Shown here: piece by piece, positions 1 to 10,875 of the stretch
How the letters are laid out: the number at the start of each line of letters is the position of its first letter
Position numbering within the stretch: position 1 is the stretch's first letter
DNA from: a virus
Direction: 5' to 3' (one strand)
IMG/VR virus record: IMGVR_UViG_3300026549_002454
DNA length: 64,000 bases
Notes under the pieces: generated by a model
Database searches by the model: none
Told to the model about the DNA's origin: nothing
Seen by the model: the letters and a program-made list of their open reading frames with translations, nothing else
Position numbers and translations under genes: made by a program

Positions 1-3000
1 GCACCATCACGATGCCCGCGGGCCTGACCGTGCTGAACCAGGGCACCACGACCAACTACCTGTGGATGACTCCCGACGCCACCCGTACCAACGGCGGCAT
101 GGGAAACTACAACTACACGACTGGTCAGATTGCCATCTACGCTATCGGTACGACGTTCAACGCCGGCACCGGCGCCATCGCCCACCTCCAGGTGATGGCC
201 ACGACCGACCTGGCCGACGTGAGCACCATCACCCTCTCGAACTTTACGGGTACCACGACCAGCAATGAGACCGTGAACCTGACAAGCCAGAACTGCACCG
301 TGACCCGCGAGGCCGGAACCGGCGGCGGGGGCGGCACAGACCCCTCGACGGAGACCGACGACCTGGCCTTCTCCTTCAGTCCCTCGACGCTGACCATGAC
401 GGGCGGCGAGGTGAAGCAGGTGGAGGTGCAGATGGCCAACGGCATGACCTCTACCGGCATGATGGGCGACCTGGTGGCCTCCACCGGCCTGACCATCCAG
501 AGCGTCACGAAGGGCAGCCGTCTGACCGGCTGGCTGTACAACCCGGATAACGGCCGCGTCTTCTCACTGGGTGCCATCTCGGGCAACGAGGGCACCGTGT
601 TCACCGTCACGCTGAAGGCCGACGACGACTTCTCGGGCGCCGCCACGCTGAAGTTCACCAACATCAGCGCCACCAATGCCGCCGCCAAGAGTTTCACCGC
701 CGAGGACGCCATCCTGCCTGTCACCGTGCAGAGCCAGAAAAACGTGGCCCTGTCCTTCGGCAGCACGGAGGTGAGCCTGAACCCGGGCGAGAGCACCACC
801 GTTGACGTGACACTTTCGAGCGAAGTCGATCTGACGGGCTTCATGGGCACGCTGACGCTGCCCACCGGCATCACCGCCACCGTCGCCCAGGGTGCCATCG
901 TGAACAGCGTCCCCATGTACAACACCTCGACGGGTGTCGTGTTCTACATCGGTGGCATCACCGCTCGTGAGGGCGTGCTCTTCACGCTGACGCTGACTGC
1001 CGACGACACGTTTACCGCCGACGGCACGCTGACCCTGACGAACATCTCGACCACGACGGCCAGTGCGCTGAGCATCGTGCCTGCCGACATCAACCTGCCC
1101 GTGCATCTGAAGACCACCGCCACCGTGACAGCCCCGACCGCCAAGACGGGACTCGTCTATAACGGTGAGGCACTGGATCTGATCAACGCAGGCAGTGCCG
1201 AGGGCGGCGAGATTCAGTACTCGCTCGACGGCACGACCTACGGCACGGCCATCCCCACCGGACTGAACGCCGGGACGTACACCGTATATTATAAGGTAGT
1301 GGGCGATGCCAGCCATAACGACGTGGCTCCCGCATCCGTCAGTGTGACCATCGCCAAGGCCGCGCTGACCATCGCCACACTGAGCCAGACGTCGCTGACC
1401 TACACAGGCGCGGAGCAGACCGTGAGCGTGAGCAGCGTGAAGGCCGGTACGCTGGACGTTCCCGCCACCGACTATGACGTGACGGGCAACAAGGCCACCG
1501 ACAAGGGCGACTACACCGCCACCGTGACCGCCAAGGCCACGTCGGCCAACTTCACCGGTGAGGCCACGGCACAGTGGAGCATCACCGCCGAGGACGCCGC
1601 CGCGTTCACCGTGACGCTCGACCCCACCTCGTTCGTCTATGACGGCACGGCCAAGACGCCCGCCGTCACCGTGCAGGACGGTTCCGCCGTCTTGACGGAG
1701 AACACCCACTACACCGTGGCCTACGAGAACAACGTGAACGCCGGCCAGGGCAAGGTGACCGTGACGGGCAAGGGCAACTACAGCGGCACGAAGGAGGCCA
1801 CCTTCACCATCGAGAAGGCCACGCTGAGCAGCATGACCATCGACCCCACCGCGCTGACCTACAACCAGCAGGCCCAGACGGTGAGCGTGACGAGCGTGAA
1901 GGCCGGTGACCTCGACGTTCCCGCCACTGACTACAGCGTGAGCGGCAACACGCAGACCGCCGCCGGAGAGTACACCGTGACCGTCACGGCCACGGGCAGC
2001 AACTACCAGGGCACGCTGACGGAGCAGTTCACCATCGCCAAGGCCAGTGCCAGCGGCTTTGAAGTAACGATCGGCACCGCCACCTACACCTACGACGGCA
2101 CGGAGAAGCAGCCCACCGTCACCGTGAAGGACGGCGAGACCGTCCTGACAGCCGGCACGGACTACACCGTGGCCTACTCGGACAACGTGAACGCCGGCCA
2201 GGCCACAGTGACCGTGACCGGACAGGGCAACTACACGGGCGAGAAGACCGCCAACTTCACCATCGCCAAGGCACAACTGACCGCCGTGACGCTCGCCGAG
2301 ACGTCGCTGACCTACAGCGGCTCGGAGCAGACCGTCAGCGTGAGCAGCGTGAAGGCCGGTGACCTGGACGTCAGCACCGACAACTACGACGTGACGGGCA
2401 ACAAGCAGACCGCAGCAGGCACCTACACCGTGACCGTGACGGCCAAGGCTGAGAGCAACTATGCAGGCTCCGCCACGGCACAGTTCACCATCACGAAGGC
2501 CGAGGCCAGCGTGACCGCACCGACGGCCAAGACGGGACTCGTCTATAACGCCACGGCACAGCAGTTGGTGAACGAGGGCAGCGCCGAGGGCGCCACCATG
2601 CTCTACTCGCTCGACGGCACGACCTACAGCGAGAGCGTTCCCACGGCTACCAACGCCGGGACGTACACTGTCTATTACAAGGCAACGGGCGACGCCAACC
2701 ACAGCGACGTGGCTGCTGCCTCCGTCGAGGTGACTATCGCCAAGGCCGCGCTGACCACCGTGACACTGGCCGAGACCAGCCTGACCTACAGCGGCTCGGA
2801 GCAGACCGTGACCGTCAGCAGCGTGAAGGCTGGTACGCTTGACGTGACCGCCGCCGACTACGACGTGACGGGCAACAAGCAGACCAACGTGGGCACCTAC
2901 ACCGCCACCGTGACCGCCAAGGCCGAGAGCAATTTCACCGGCACGGCAACGGCCCAGTGGAGCATCACGGCTGAGGATGCCTCGACGTTCACCCTGACGC

Positions 3001-5609
3001 TCGACCCGACCTCGTTCGTCTATGACGGCACGGCCAAGACGCCCGCCGTCACTGTGAAGGACGGTTCCGCCGTCCTGACGGAGAACACCGACTACACGCT
3101 GGCCTACGAGAACAACGTGAACGCCGGTACCGCCAAGGTCATCGCCACCGGACAGGGCAACTACAGCGGCACGAAGGAGGCCACCTTCACCATCACGAAG
3201 GCCGACGCCACCGTGACCGTCCCGACCGCGAAGACGGGACTCGTCTATAACGCCACGGCCCAGGCCCTCATCGAGGCTGGCAGCGCCGAGGGCGGACAGA
3301 TGCAGTACTCGACCGACGGCACGAACTACAGCGAGAGCGTTCCCGCGAAGACCGATGCCGGAACGTACACCGTATATTATAAGGTAACGGGCGACGCCAA
3401 CCACAGCGACGTGGCTGCCGCATCCGTCAATGTGACCATCGCCAAGGCCGCGCTGACCAGCGTGACGCTCGACAAGACCAGCCTCGTCTATAACAAGACG
3501 GAGCAGACGGTGAGCGCCGTGAGCGTGAAGGCCGGCGACCTGACCGTGGCCGCTGCCGACTACGACGTGACGGGCAACAAGCAGACCGCCGCAGGCACCT
3601 ACACCGCCACCGTGACGGCCAAGGCTGAGAGCAACTTCACGGGCGAGGCCACGGCACAGTGGACCATCGCTGCCGCTGACGCTGCCACCTCGTTCACGCT
3701 GACGCTCAATCCTGAGACGTTCATCTACGACGGCACCGCCAAGCAGCCCGCCGTGACCGTGAAGGACGGTTCTGCTGTCCTGACCGAAGGCACTGACTAC
3801 ACCGTGGCCTACGCGGACAACACGAACGTGGGCACCGCCACCGTGACCGTGACCGGACAGGGCAACTACACGGGCGAGAAGAGCGCCACCTTCGCCATCA
3901 CGAAGGCAGCCGCCGTGGTGACCACCGCCCCCGAGGGCGTGGCCGACCTCTACTACAACGGCGAGGCGCAGACGCTCATCAGCGCCGGTGAGGCCGCTGG
4001 CGGCACGATGCAGTACTCGCTGGACGGCACCACCTGGCAGACCACGCTGCCGACGGCTGTGAACGCCGGTGCCTACACCGTGTACTACAAGGCCGTGGGC
4101 GACGCCAACCACAGCGACTCAGAGCCTGCCGTCGTGAGCGTGGCCATCTACAAGGCTCCGCTGACGGAGATGACGCTGGCCCAGACCACGCTGACCTACA
4201 ACGGCACGGAACAGAGCGTGGCCGTGAGCAGCGTGAAGGCCGGGAACCTTGACGTGACCGCCACCGACTACTCCGTGAGCGGCAACAAGGGAACGGACGT
4301 CGGCACGTACACCGTGACCGTGACGGCCAACGAGGACGGCAACTTCACGGGTCAGGTACAGGCCCAGTTCACCATCGTTCCCGCCGGTGCTGAAGCCAAG
4401 TTCACCGTAGAACTGGAGTATACCACGGTGGAATACGACGGCACAGCCAAAGAGCCTGCCGTGACGGTGAAGGACGGTTCTGTCGTCCTGACCAAGGACG
4501 TGGACTACACCGTGGCCTACCTGAACAACGTGAACGCCGGAACGGCCACCGTCGTCGTGACCGGACAGGGCAACTACAGCGGCACGAAGACCGCCACCTT
4601 CACCATCACTCGCACCGTCTTCGCCATCGAGGCCGAGGATGCTGAGAGTGGAGCGGACGTGGCCGGTGTAACCGTGGACGTGACCATCCTGGACGAGACG
4701 GCCAAGACGCTGCGCATTGACAATCTGAACGTGCCCGCCGGTGCTGCCGGCGAGGACCTGGCCATCTTCATTCCCGCCACGCTGGGCGGCTACGAGGTGA
4801 CCGGGATTGCCGACGGCGCCATCACGGAGACCAACGTGACGGACATCTACCTGCCCGACACGGAGCAGCCGCTGACCATCGGCACGGGCGCACTGCCCGG
4901 CACCGCCACCATCCACACGACGCTGGCCCTGCTGGACGACTACGCCCTGATGACCACCCTGCAGCAGAACTACGAGGCCGCGAAGGTGATGACCACCGTG
5001 ACACCCGCGAACAAGTTCTGGACGCTGGGTACGGGCTGCGACGTCATCCTGCCCGCAACGCTGAACGCCTACACCGTGACGGTCAACAGCGAGACGCAGG
5101 TGAGCATGATTGCCATCAGCGAATCCGACCTGACCATCGGCCCGGAGCGTGTCGTGAAGGGTAACAACGGCGTGCTGCTGCTCGGCGAGGCCGGACAGCG
5201 CTACGACCTGGTGGCCTACAGCGGACGCATCAGCAGCGGTACGGCCATCGCCACCACCGACAACAAGGACTACGGCACAAGCAACCTGCTGGAGCCCGTG
5301 GTGGAGAAGATGCACTACGACGCCGACGACAGTTACTTCGTGATGTCGAACAACGAATTCCACGCCATCAAGGCTGAGGGCGACGAGGTGAAGGTGCCTG
5401 CCGGAAAGGCCGTGCTGCACCTGACCAGCGGCCAGGCTGGCGCCCGTGCTGCGGTGCTGGGCATCGCTGAGGGAACGACGGGAGTTAACGAAGTTATCGG
5501 AGTTAAAGAAGTTAACGACGATAGCATCTTCGACCTGAGCGGCCGCAAGGTGAACGCTGCCCAGAAGGGCATCGTCATCATTAACGGCAAGAAGGTAGTT
5601 GTAAGGTAA
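1..5609 (+). CDS. Giant secreted surface/adhesin protein (5'-partial): cohesin-like N-terminal domains, 15 MBG/Ig-like repeats, T9SS-type C-terminal tail
   Basis: Frame is open at the window edge (ORF 12-5609, 1865 aa). Thr/Ala/Val-rich ~75-80 aa repeats (YDGTAKTPAVTVKDG...YTVAYENNVNAG; APTAKTGLVYN...; TSLTYSGSEQTVSVSSVKAG). Ends IFDLSGRKV...KGIVIINGKKVVVR, the typical Prevotella sorting tail. Confidence 0.8.
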   Translation, partial: TITMPAGLTVLNQGTTTNYLWMTPDATRTNGGMGNYNYTTGQIAIYAIGTTFNAGTGAIAHLQVMATTDLADVSTITLSNFTGTTTSNETVNLTSQNCTVTREAGTGGGGGTDPSTETDDLAFSFSPSTLTMTGGEVKQVEVQMANGMTSTGMMGDLVASTGLTIQSVTKGSRLTGWLYNPDNGRVFSLGAISGNEGTVFTVTLKADDDFSGAATLKFTNISATNAAAKSFTAEDAILPVTVQSQKNVALSFGSTEVSLNPGESTTVDVTLSSEVDLTGFMGTLTLPTGITATVAQGAIVNSVPMYNTSTGVVFYIGGITAREGVLFTLTLTADDTFTADGTLTLTNISTTTASALSIVPADINLPVHLKTTATVTAPTAKTGLVYNGEALDLINAGSAEGGEIQYSLDGTTYGTAIPTGLNAGTYTVYYKVVGDASHNDVAPASVSVTIAKAALTIATLSQTSLTYTGAEQTVSVSSVKAGTLDVPATDYDVTGNKATDKGDYTATVTAKATSANFTGEATAQWSITAEDAAAFTVTLDPTSFVYDGTAKTPAVTVQDGSAVLTENTHYTVAYENNVNAGQGKVTVTGKGNYSGTKEATFTIEKATLSSMTIDPTALTYNQQAQTVSVTSVKAGDLDVPATDYSVSGNTQTAAGEYTVTVTATGSNYQGTLTEQFTIAKASASGFEVTIGTATYTYDGTEKQPTVTVKDGETVLTAGTDYTVAYSDNVNAGQATVTVTGQGNYTGEKTANFTIAKAQLTAVTLAETSLTYSGSEQTVSVSSVKAGDLDVSTDNYDVTGNKQTAAGTYTVTVTAKAESNYAGSATAQFTITKAEASVTAPTAKTGLVYNATAQQLVNEGSAEGATMLYSLDGTTYSESVPTATNAGTYTVYYKATGDANHSDVAAASVEVTIAKAALTTVTLAETSLTYSGSEQTVTVSSVKAGTLDVTAADYDVTGNKQTNVGTYTATVTAKAESNFTGTATAQWSITAEDASTFTLTLDPTSFVYDGTAKTPAVTVKDGSAVLTENTDYTLAYENNVNAGTAKVIATGQGNYSGTKEATFTITKADATVTVPTAKTGLVYNATAQALIEAGSAEGGQMQYSTDGTNYSESVPAKTDAGTYTVYYKVTGDANHSDVAAASVNVTIAKAALTSVTLDKTSLVYNKTEQTVSAVSVKAGDLTVAAADYDVTGNKQTAAGTYTATVTAKAESNFTGEATAQWTIAAADAATSFTLTLNPETFIYDGTAKQPAVTVKDGSAVLTEGTDYTVAYADNTNVGTATVTVTGQGNYTGEKSATFAITKAAAVVTTAPEGVADLYYNGEAQTLISAGEAAGGTMQYSLDGTTWQTTLPTAVNAGAYTVYYKAVGDANHSDSEPAVVSVAIYKAPLTEMTLAQTTLTYNGTEQSVAVSSVKAGNLDVTATDYSVSGNKGTDVGTYTVTVTANEDGNFTGQVQAQFTIVPAGAEAKFTVELEYTTVEYDGTAKEPAVTVKDGSVVLTKDVDYTVAYLNNVNAGTATVVVTGQGNYSGTKTATFTITRTVFAIEAEDAESGADVAGVTVDVTILDETAKTLRIDNLNVPAGAAGEDLAIFIPATLGGYEVTGIADGAITETNVTDIYLPDTEQPLTIGTGALPGTATIHTTLALLDDYALMTTLQQNYEAAKVMTTVTPANKFWTLGTGCDVILPATLNAYTVTVNSETQVSMIAISESDLTIGPERVVKGNNGVLLLGEAGQRYDLVAYSGRISSGTAIATTDNKDYGTSNLLEPVVEKMHYDADDSYFVMSNNEFHAIKAEGDEVKVPAGKAVLHLTSGQAGARAAVLGIAEGTTGVNEVIGVKEVNDDSIFDLSGRKVNAAQKGIVIINGKKVVVR

Positions 5610-5619
5610 GAGTATTTTA

Positions 5620-5702
5620 AACACGAATTACCGCGAATGAACCACGAATTTTCCACAAAAATTATATGAGAAATTAATGGGTAATTCATGGTAATTCGTG
5701 TT
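5620..5702. repeat. Intergenic REP-like inverted repeat
   Basis: AACACGAATTACC (5620-5632) pairs with GGTAATTCGTGTT (5690-5702); degenerate internal copies of CACGAATT. Confidence 0.6.
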
Positions 5703-5737
5703 AAAAAGAAAAAGAAATAAAAAAGAAATTCAAGTAT

Positions 5738-6883
5738 ATGAAAAGACAATTATTGTTTCTTGCACTGTTCGCCCTGGCACTGACAGGCGTGCAGGCTCAG
5801 CAACAGGAAGAGACCAAGTTCAAGGCCCACTGGTATGTGCAGCCGCAGGCTGGCATCAGTTGGACGACGGGCGAGGCCTCGCTGGGCAAGTTGCTGTCGC
5901 CTGCCGCCCAGTTGAGCGTGGGACGTCAGTTCTCGCCGTTGTTCGGTCTGCGCCTCGGCGCGTCGGGCTGGCAGGGGCGCAACTGGCAGGTGACGCCCGC
6001 TGAGGAATACAAGTGGAAGCACGTGCAGGCCAGCCTGGACGCCACGCTGTCGCTCAGCAATGCCTTCGGCGGCTACAATCCCGACCGCCGGTGGAACGCC
6101 TACGCCTTCCTGGGCGGAGGACTGAACATTGCCTTCGACAACGACGACGCGAACGTGCTGGCCACCGGTCACCCCGTGGAGTTCTCGAAGGTGTGGGACG
6201 GCACCTGCTACAGCCCCGCCGTGCGCGGCGGTCTGGGTGTGGAGTACGCCCTCTCGGAGCGCGTGGCACTCGGTCTGGAGGCCAACGTGAATATGCTGCC
6301 CGACAAGTGGAACTCGAAGCGCGGCACCGATGCCGACTGGCAGAACCACCTGCTCTTGGGCATTAAAATTGCCCTGGGCAAGACCACGCAGCGCACCATC
6401 GTGGAGCCAGCCGCCATCATCGAACCGGTAGTGGAACCCGTAGTGGAGCCAGGACCCGAGCCAGTGGTGGAAGAGCAGCCCATCGTGAGCCAGCCCGTAG
6501 AGGAGGCCCCGAAGACTGCCGCCGTGGCCGAAGAGAAGACTCCCGTCGTGGAACAGCCTGTGGCAGAGAAGAAGGACGAGGTGAAAATCTACTTCGCCTT
6601 CAACTCCTCGCGCATCTCGAAGCAGGAGGCCGCCAAGTTGCGCCAAGTGGCCAACTACATGCGCAGCCACCGCGACGTGCGGCTGACCATTGAGGGCTAT
6701 GCCAGTCCGGAAGGTCGCCGCAGCTACAACAAAGCCCTCTCGGGATGGCGGGCAGAGGCCGTGAAGCAGTGTCTCGTCAGCTATGGCGTTGCTGCCGCTC
6801 GCATCAAGACCGAAGCCAAGGGCGAGGTGGAACTGGGCGATGCCAAGGAGAGTCGTTCAGCAATATGTATAACAATAGAATAA
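5738..6883 (+). CDS. OmpA family outer membrane protein
   Basis: Signal peptide, beta-barrel-like N-terminus, Pro/Glu/Val linker, and OmpA C-terminal motifs IYFAFNSS, TIEGYASPEG, YNKALSGWRAEAV. Confidence 0.9.
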   Translation: MKRQLLFLALFALALTGVQAQQQEETKFKAHWYVQPQAGISWTTGEASLGKLLSPAAQLSVGRQFSPLFGLRLGASGWQGRNWQVTPAEEYKWKHVQASLDATLSLSNAFGGYNPDRRWNAYAFLGGGLNIAFDNDDANVLATGHPVEFSKVWDGTCYSPAVRGGLGVEYALSERVALGLEANVNMLPDKWNSKRGTDADWQNHLLLGIKIALGKTTQRTIVEPAAIIEPVVEPVVEPGPEPVVEEQPIVSQPVEEAPKTAAVAEEKTPVVEQPVAEKKDEVKIYFAFNSSRISKQEAAKLRQVANYMRSHRDVRLTIEGYASPEGRRSYNKALSGWRAEAVKQCLVSYGVAAARIKTEAKGEVELGDAKESRSAICITIE

Positions 6884-6892
6884 CAAGAAGGT

Positions 6893-8335
6893 ATGAATAA
6901 AAAAGTAATCATTAAATGGATGGTACTGCCGCTGGCTTTCGCTGCCGTGGCATGTACTGACTATCAGAGCAGCATCGACGAGTTGAGCCAGCGAGTGGAC
7001 GGTATCGACCAGCGCGTGACAGCACTGGAGGGCCTGAACGACGACATCGAGGCCATCAAGGAAATCGTGGATGCCCAGAAGCAAGCCGGCTACATCACTG
7101 GCGTGACCGAGACCGCCGACGGTTATCAGTTCACGATGTCGAACGGAAAAGTCATCAATGTGCGTAACGGCAGAGACGGTAGGGACGGAACGAATGGCCA
7201 AGACGGTCAGAATGGCCAGGACGGCCACACGCCAGTCATCGGAGTCACTCAGGACACTGACGGCAACTGGTACTGGACCGTGGACGGCGAGTATCTGCTC
7301 GACGGCTCCGGCAACAAGGTTCGCGCCAACGGCATCGACGGCCAGAATGGTACGAACGGCACCAACGGCCAGAACGGTGAAAATGGTCAGAACGGACAGG
7401 ACGGCATCACTCCGCAGCTGCGCATCAACACCACGACGCTGGAGTGGGAAGTGTCGCTTGACAACGGCGCTACCTGGACGTCGCTCGGTGTAAAGGCCCA
7501 AGGCGACAAAGGTGACAAAGGCGACAAAGGTGACAAGGGCGACGATGGCGATGCCTTCTTCCAGAGCGTCGTTGTGGGCGAGACCGAAGTGACCTTCACG
7601 CTGGCCGACGGCACCACCACCTTCACGCTGCCACTGATGGACACGTTCAAGAAGGTGCGCGACCGCGTGCAGAGCATCGTCTTCATCCCCGAGAATATTG
7701 ACGGTATGATGACCTTGCAGAACGGCGTGCAGACCACGGTGCGCTACCGCGTGATGCCCGAGGCCGTGGCTACGGCCCTCGCCACGAGTTATGCCAGCAC
7801 CCTCTCGTTCATCGGCGAGGAGGTGGCTGTGACGCGCGGCATCGCATCGGCTGGCATCACCATCAACAGCGTTGCCAACGAGGGCAATGGCCGACTGGCC
7901 CTTACCGTCACCCCAAGCGGCATGACCGCCGGTCAGGGCTACGCCTTCGCGCTGGTGATGAACGACGGCACTTCGATGTACAGCACGGCCTACACCTCGG
8001 TGTTCTATGCCATTCCGCCTGTGGCTATCGGCATCGCTGCCGACGGCATCCTAGCCGGAAAGGGTAACGTGAGCGTTGGCAACACGGTGCGCCTGATTGC
8101 CCTGCTCGTACCGACAGACACGAACATGAAGGGCGTGAAGTGGACTTCGTCGGACGAGACCGTCGCCACAGTCGATGCCAACGGTCTGGTGACAGCCCGT
8201 GGCAACGGAACGGCCACCATCACCGTGACCTCTACCGCTGACCAGACGGTCAGCAAGAGCATCGCCATCACCGTGAGCGATGGCGTCATCACGCTGAACA
8301 CCGACGACCTCGTGTCGCAGAGCGAGGCAGAATAA
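6893..8335 (+). CDS. Lipoprotein with DUF4988/PL29-N-like domain, collagen-like Gly-X-Y repeats and a C-terminal Ig-like (Big_2) domain
   Basis: Lipobox AVAC, coiled coil, GRDGRDGTNGQDG and GDKGDKGDKG repeats, GNWYWTVDGEYL, and VKWTSSDETVATVDANGLVTA. Confidence 0.75.
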   Translation: MNKKVIIKWMVLPLAFAAVACTDYQSSIDELSQRVDGIDQRVTALEGLNDDIEAIKEIVDAQKQAGYITGVTETADGYQFTMSNGKVINVRNGRDGRDGTNGQDGQNGQDGHTPVIGVTQDTDGNWYWTVDGEYLLDGSGNKVRANGIDGQNGTNGTNGQNGENGQNGQDGITPQLRINTTTLEWEVSLDNGATWTSLGVKAQGDKGDKGDKGDKGDDGDAFFQSVVVGETEVTFTLADGTTTFTLPLMDTFKKVRDRVQSIVFIPENIDGMMTLQNGVQTTVRYRVMPEAVATALATSYASTLSFIGEEVAVTRGIASAGITINSVANEGNGRLALTVTPSGMTAGQGYAFALVMNDGTSMYSTAYTSVFYAIPPVAIGIAADGILAGKGNVSVGNTVRLIALLVPTDTNMKGVKWTSSDETVATVDANGLVTARGNGTATITVTSTADQTVSKSIAITVSDGVITLNTDDLVSQSEAE

Positions 8336-8372
8336 ACTCTTTCAATAGGTAATAATCAGGATAACTTCATCG

Positions 8373-8408
8373 GCCTCCTCATCAGCATATCTGGTGGGGA
8401 GGCTTTTT
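8373..8408 (+). terminator. Rho-independent terminator
   Basis: GCCTCCTCATCAG-catat-CTGGTGGGGAGGC followed by TTTTT, just after the 8335 stop. Confidence 0.7.
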
Positions 8409-8458
8409 CGTTATAAAGAAAGGGAATAGTCCCCCAATAATTAATTTATGTACAAACA

Positions 8459-9784
8459 ATGAACAAACTATCATTGATTGCGTCAGCCTTGGCGATGCTG
8501 GGGCTGACGGCGTGTGAGAAAACGTTCGTGGATGACATCGAGGATGTCGCTAACGGGCAAGTGACGAACTCTTTGCTGCAAGTGCGGACGCGAGCGGGCG
8601 GCGCTGGCTCGGATGACGCTACCGTGGCGTACCCCGTGACGGTGTATGTCTTCAGCGGTGACGAGTGTAAGGCGGCGCAGACCATCGGCGACGAGGGCCA
8701 GACGCTGAACATCGCGCTGACGGAAGGAACGTACTCGGTGTATGCCGTTGGCGGAGCATCGACGGCAGACTACACACTGCCCTCGGCTTCGAATGCCTTG
8801 ACGACGTCAGCCATTGCGCTGCGCGAGGGCAAGAGCCACGGCGACCTGATGACGGCGAAGGCTACTGCCACGCTGGAAGACGGCGAGGCGAACACCGTGA
8901 CGCTGGGTATGGAACGGCGCACGATGCTGTTGCAGAGCGTAGTAATGAAGAAGATTCCGACGGCGGCCACGGCGGTCAGCGTGTCGATGTCTCCGCTGTG
9001 GCAGTCGCTCACCGTGGGCGGTAATTACAGCGGCACGGACGGCGTGTATTCGCTCAACTTAGAGAAACAGAGCGACGGCAGGACGTGGCAATCTGCGGCG
9101 GCGGCCTATCTGTTGCCGCCATCGTCTTCTCCCGCCAGCATCACCGTGCGCATCACCACGCCGAGTGGCACGCGCAGTTACACCTACTCGACGAGCAACG
9201 AACTGGAGGCGGGCTACAAAATCAACATCGAGGGGACGTACACCGAAGCCGTAGGCGTGAGTCTGACGGGCACCATCGAGGGCGCGACGTGGCTGGGCGA
9301 GCGCACCATCCGTTTCGACTTCAACGAGAGCGGTTCGTCCATGACAGACCCGTCTGACCCCACTCAGCCCAACAACCCGACCAATCCGACTTCTGACTTC
9401 CCTGCGACTGGAGACACCTACCAGGGCTGCTACGTGCTGGCATCCGTGGTAGCCACCGACGGCGAGTCGGCAGAACTGACGCTGCTCTCACCGAACGAGA
9501 AGAAATCTGTCAATAATTCAGGCATGACGCTCGGCACCCTGCAAACCGCAGCCGCAGGACAGGGCACCGACGACATCAGCGACTGGCGGCCCATGACGCT
9601 CGCAGAGGCCCAACTGCTGCAAGCGGCCCACAGCGACCTTGGCATCGAAGACAGCCGCAACTACCTCTTCGACGACAACGGCACCGTGAAGCAGATACTC
9701 ATGAGCAACGGCTCGGTGTCCGCCCCCACGTCCAGCGCCGCCTATATCCGTCCCGTCGTCACAGTAACCATCAATAATGAATAA
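8459..9784 (+). CDS. Fimbrillin-like (FimB/Mfa-type) lipoprotein
   Basis: Lipobox LTAC, 'VRTRAG' processing-like motif, 'GTYSVYAVGG', beta-rich, Pro/Asn linker. Confidence 0.55.
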   Translation: MNKLSLIASALAMLGLTACEKTFVDDIEDVANGQVTNSLLQVRTRAGGAGSDDATVAYPVTVYVFSGDECKAAQTIGDEGQTLNIALTEGTYSVYAVGGASTADYTLPSASNALTTSAIALREGKSHGDLMTAKATATLEDGEANTVTLGMERRTMLLQSVVMKKIPTAATAVSVSMSPLWQSLTVGGNYSGTDGVYSLNLEKQSDGRTWQSAAAAYLLPPSSSPASITVRITTPSGTRSYTYSTSNELEAGYKINIEGTYTEAVGVSLTGTIEGATWLGERTIRFDFNESGSSMTDPSDPTQPNNPTNPTSDFPATGDTYQGCYVLASVVATDGESAELTLLSPNEKKSVNNSGMTLGTLQTAAAGQGTDDISDWRPMTLAEAQLLQAAHSDLGIEDSRNYLFDDNGTVKQILMSNGSVSAPTSSAAYIRPVVTVTINNE

Positions 9785-9790
9785 ACGATT

Positions 9791-10696
9791 ATGAAGAAAT
9801 TTATGTTTTTCGCTCTCGCCCTGCTGGTGGCAGCGTGCGAGAAACCCATCCTCGACGAGGAAAATAGTGTGGTCAGCAGTTCGGCTGCCGACGCCAACGT
9901 CATCCTACACATGACGCAGTTTGAACAAACAACCTTCGACAACAGCGGCAATCGCGCCGTCACCCGCGCCGCCACTGACATCACGGAACTCTGCACCCGT
10001 CTGAACATCGCCATCTTCAGTGCCGACGGCACGAAGGTGAAGACGGTGGCACAGAAGGAGGCCGACAGCGACTTCGGCACTGTCGCCCTGACCCTTGCCG
10101 TCGGCACTTACCGGCTTGTAGTCATCGCCCACAACTGCGACGGCTCGGCCACCATCACGTCTGAGGAGAAGGTCACTTTCCCCAACAACAAAGTGACCGA
10201 TACCTTCTATTATGATGGCGACCTCGTGGTGACCGACGCCCGCCAGTCTTACGACCTCACGCTGACCCGCGCCGTCGCCATGTTCCGGCTGGTGCTGACC
10301 GACGAGGAAATCCCGTCGAACGTCGCTAAGTTCAAGTTCTACTACGTCGGCGGTTCTAACACCTTCTCGCCCAAGGACGGCTACGGCTGCGTGAACTCGA
10401 AGCAGACCGAAATCCGCCTCGTGCCCGTCGGTTTCCCCGACGGGATGTCCTTCGACATCTACACGCTACCCCACACAGAGGAGGACGTGCTGACGAAACT
10501 GACCGTGACCGCCCTCGATGCCAACGACAATACGGTGAAGGAGCGCATCTTCGGAAACGTTCCCGTCACCCGCAACCAAATCACCCGCTACACTGGCAGT
10601 TTTTTCGGTAGCGGCGGCGGTGGCCAGCAGAGCGACGGCACCTTCCGCATGACCGCCGATCCCGATTGGGACAGCGTGAACGGCTACACGTTCTAA
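9791..10696 (+). CDS. FimB/Mfa2-family fimbrial lipoprotein
   Basis: Lipobox VAAC, 'VTRAAT', 'GTYRLVVIAH', 'LTRAVAMFRL', 'VPVTRNQITRYTG'. Confidence 0.7.
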   Translation: MKKFMFFALALLVAACEKPILDEENSVVSSSAADANVILHMTQFEQTTFDNSGNRAVTRAATDITELCTRLNIAIFSADGTKVKTVAQKEADSDFGTVALTLAVGTYRLVVIAHNCDGSATITSEEKVTFPNNKVTDTFYYDGDLVVTDARQSYDLTLTRAVAMFRLVLTDEEIPSNVAKFKFYYVGGSNTFSPKDGYGCVNSKQTEIRLVPVGFPDGMSFDIYTLPHTEEDVLTKLTVTALDANDNTVKERIFGNVPVTRNQITRYTGSFFGSGGGGQQSDGTFRMTADPDWDSVNGYTF

Positions 10697-10875
10697 CAAT
10701 TCCAACCCATCTTTTAAATTTGAGAGCCGCGGCGCATTGCCCTGGCTCTCATTGTCTCATGCACCCGATATTTAGCTCACATTTGCCGTTTACGAAAGTT
10801 AAATCTGTTAAATCTTGCCCTCCCAAACACATTTCTCGACCCCAGAAATCACTTTTCTACCGTATAATATGTAAT

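Noticed and set aside
564..5624. Long antisense ORFs (1182 aa, 501 aa) opposite the adhesin
   Set aside because: Shadow frames of a GC-rich, codon-biased gene; Gly/His/Arg-rich with no motifs.
7168..7550. 9-bp DNA repeats as a regulatory or diversity-generating array
   Set aside because: Explained by collagen-like Gly-X-Y coding; no reverse transcriptase in the window.
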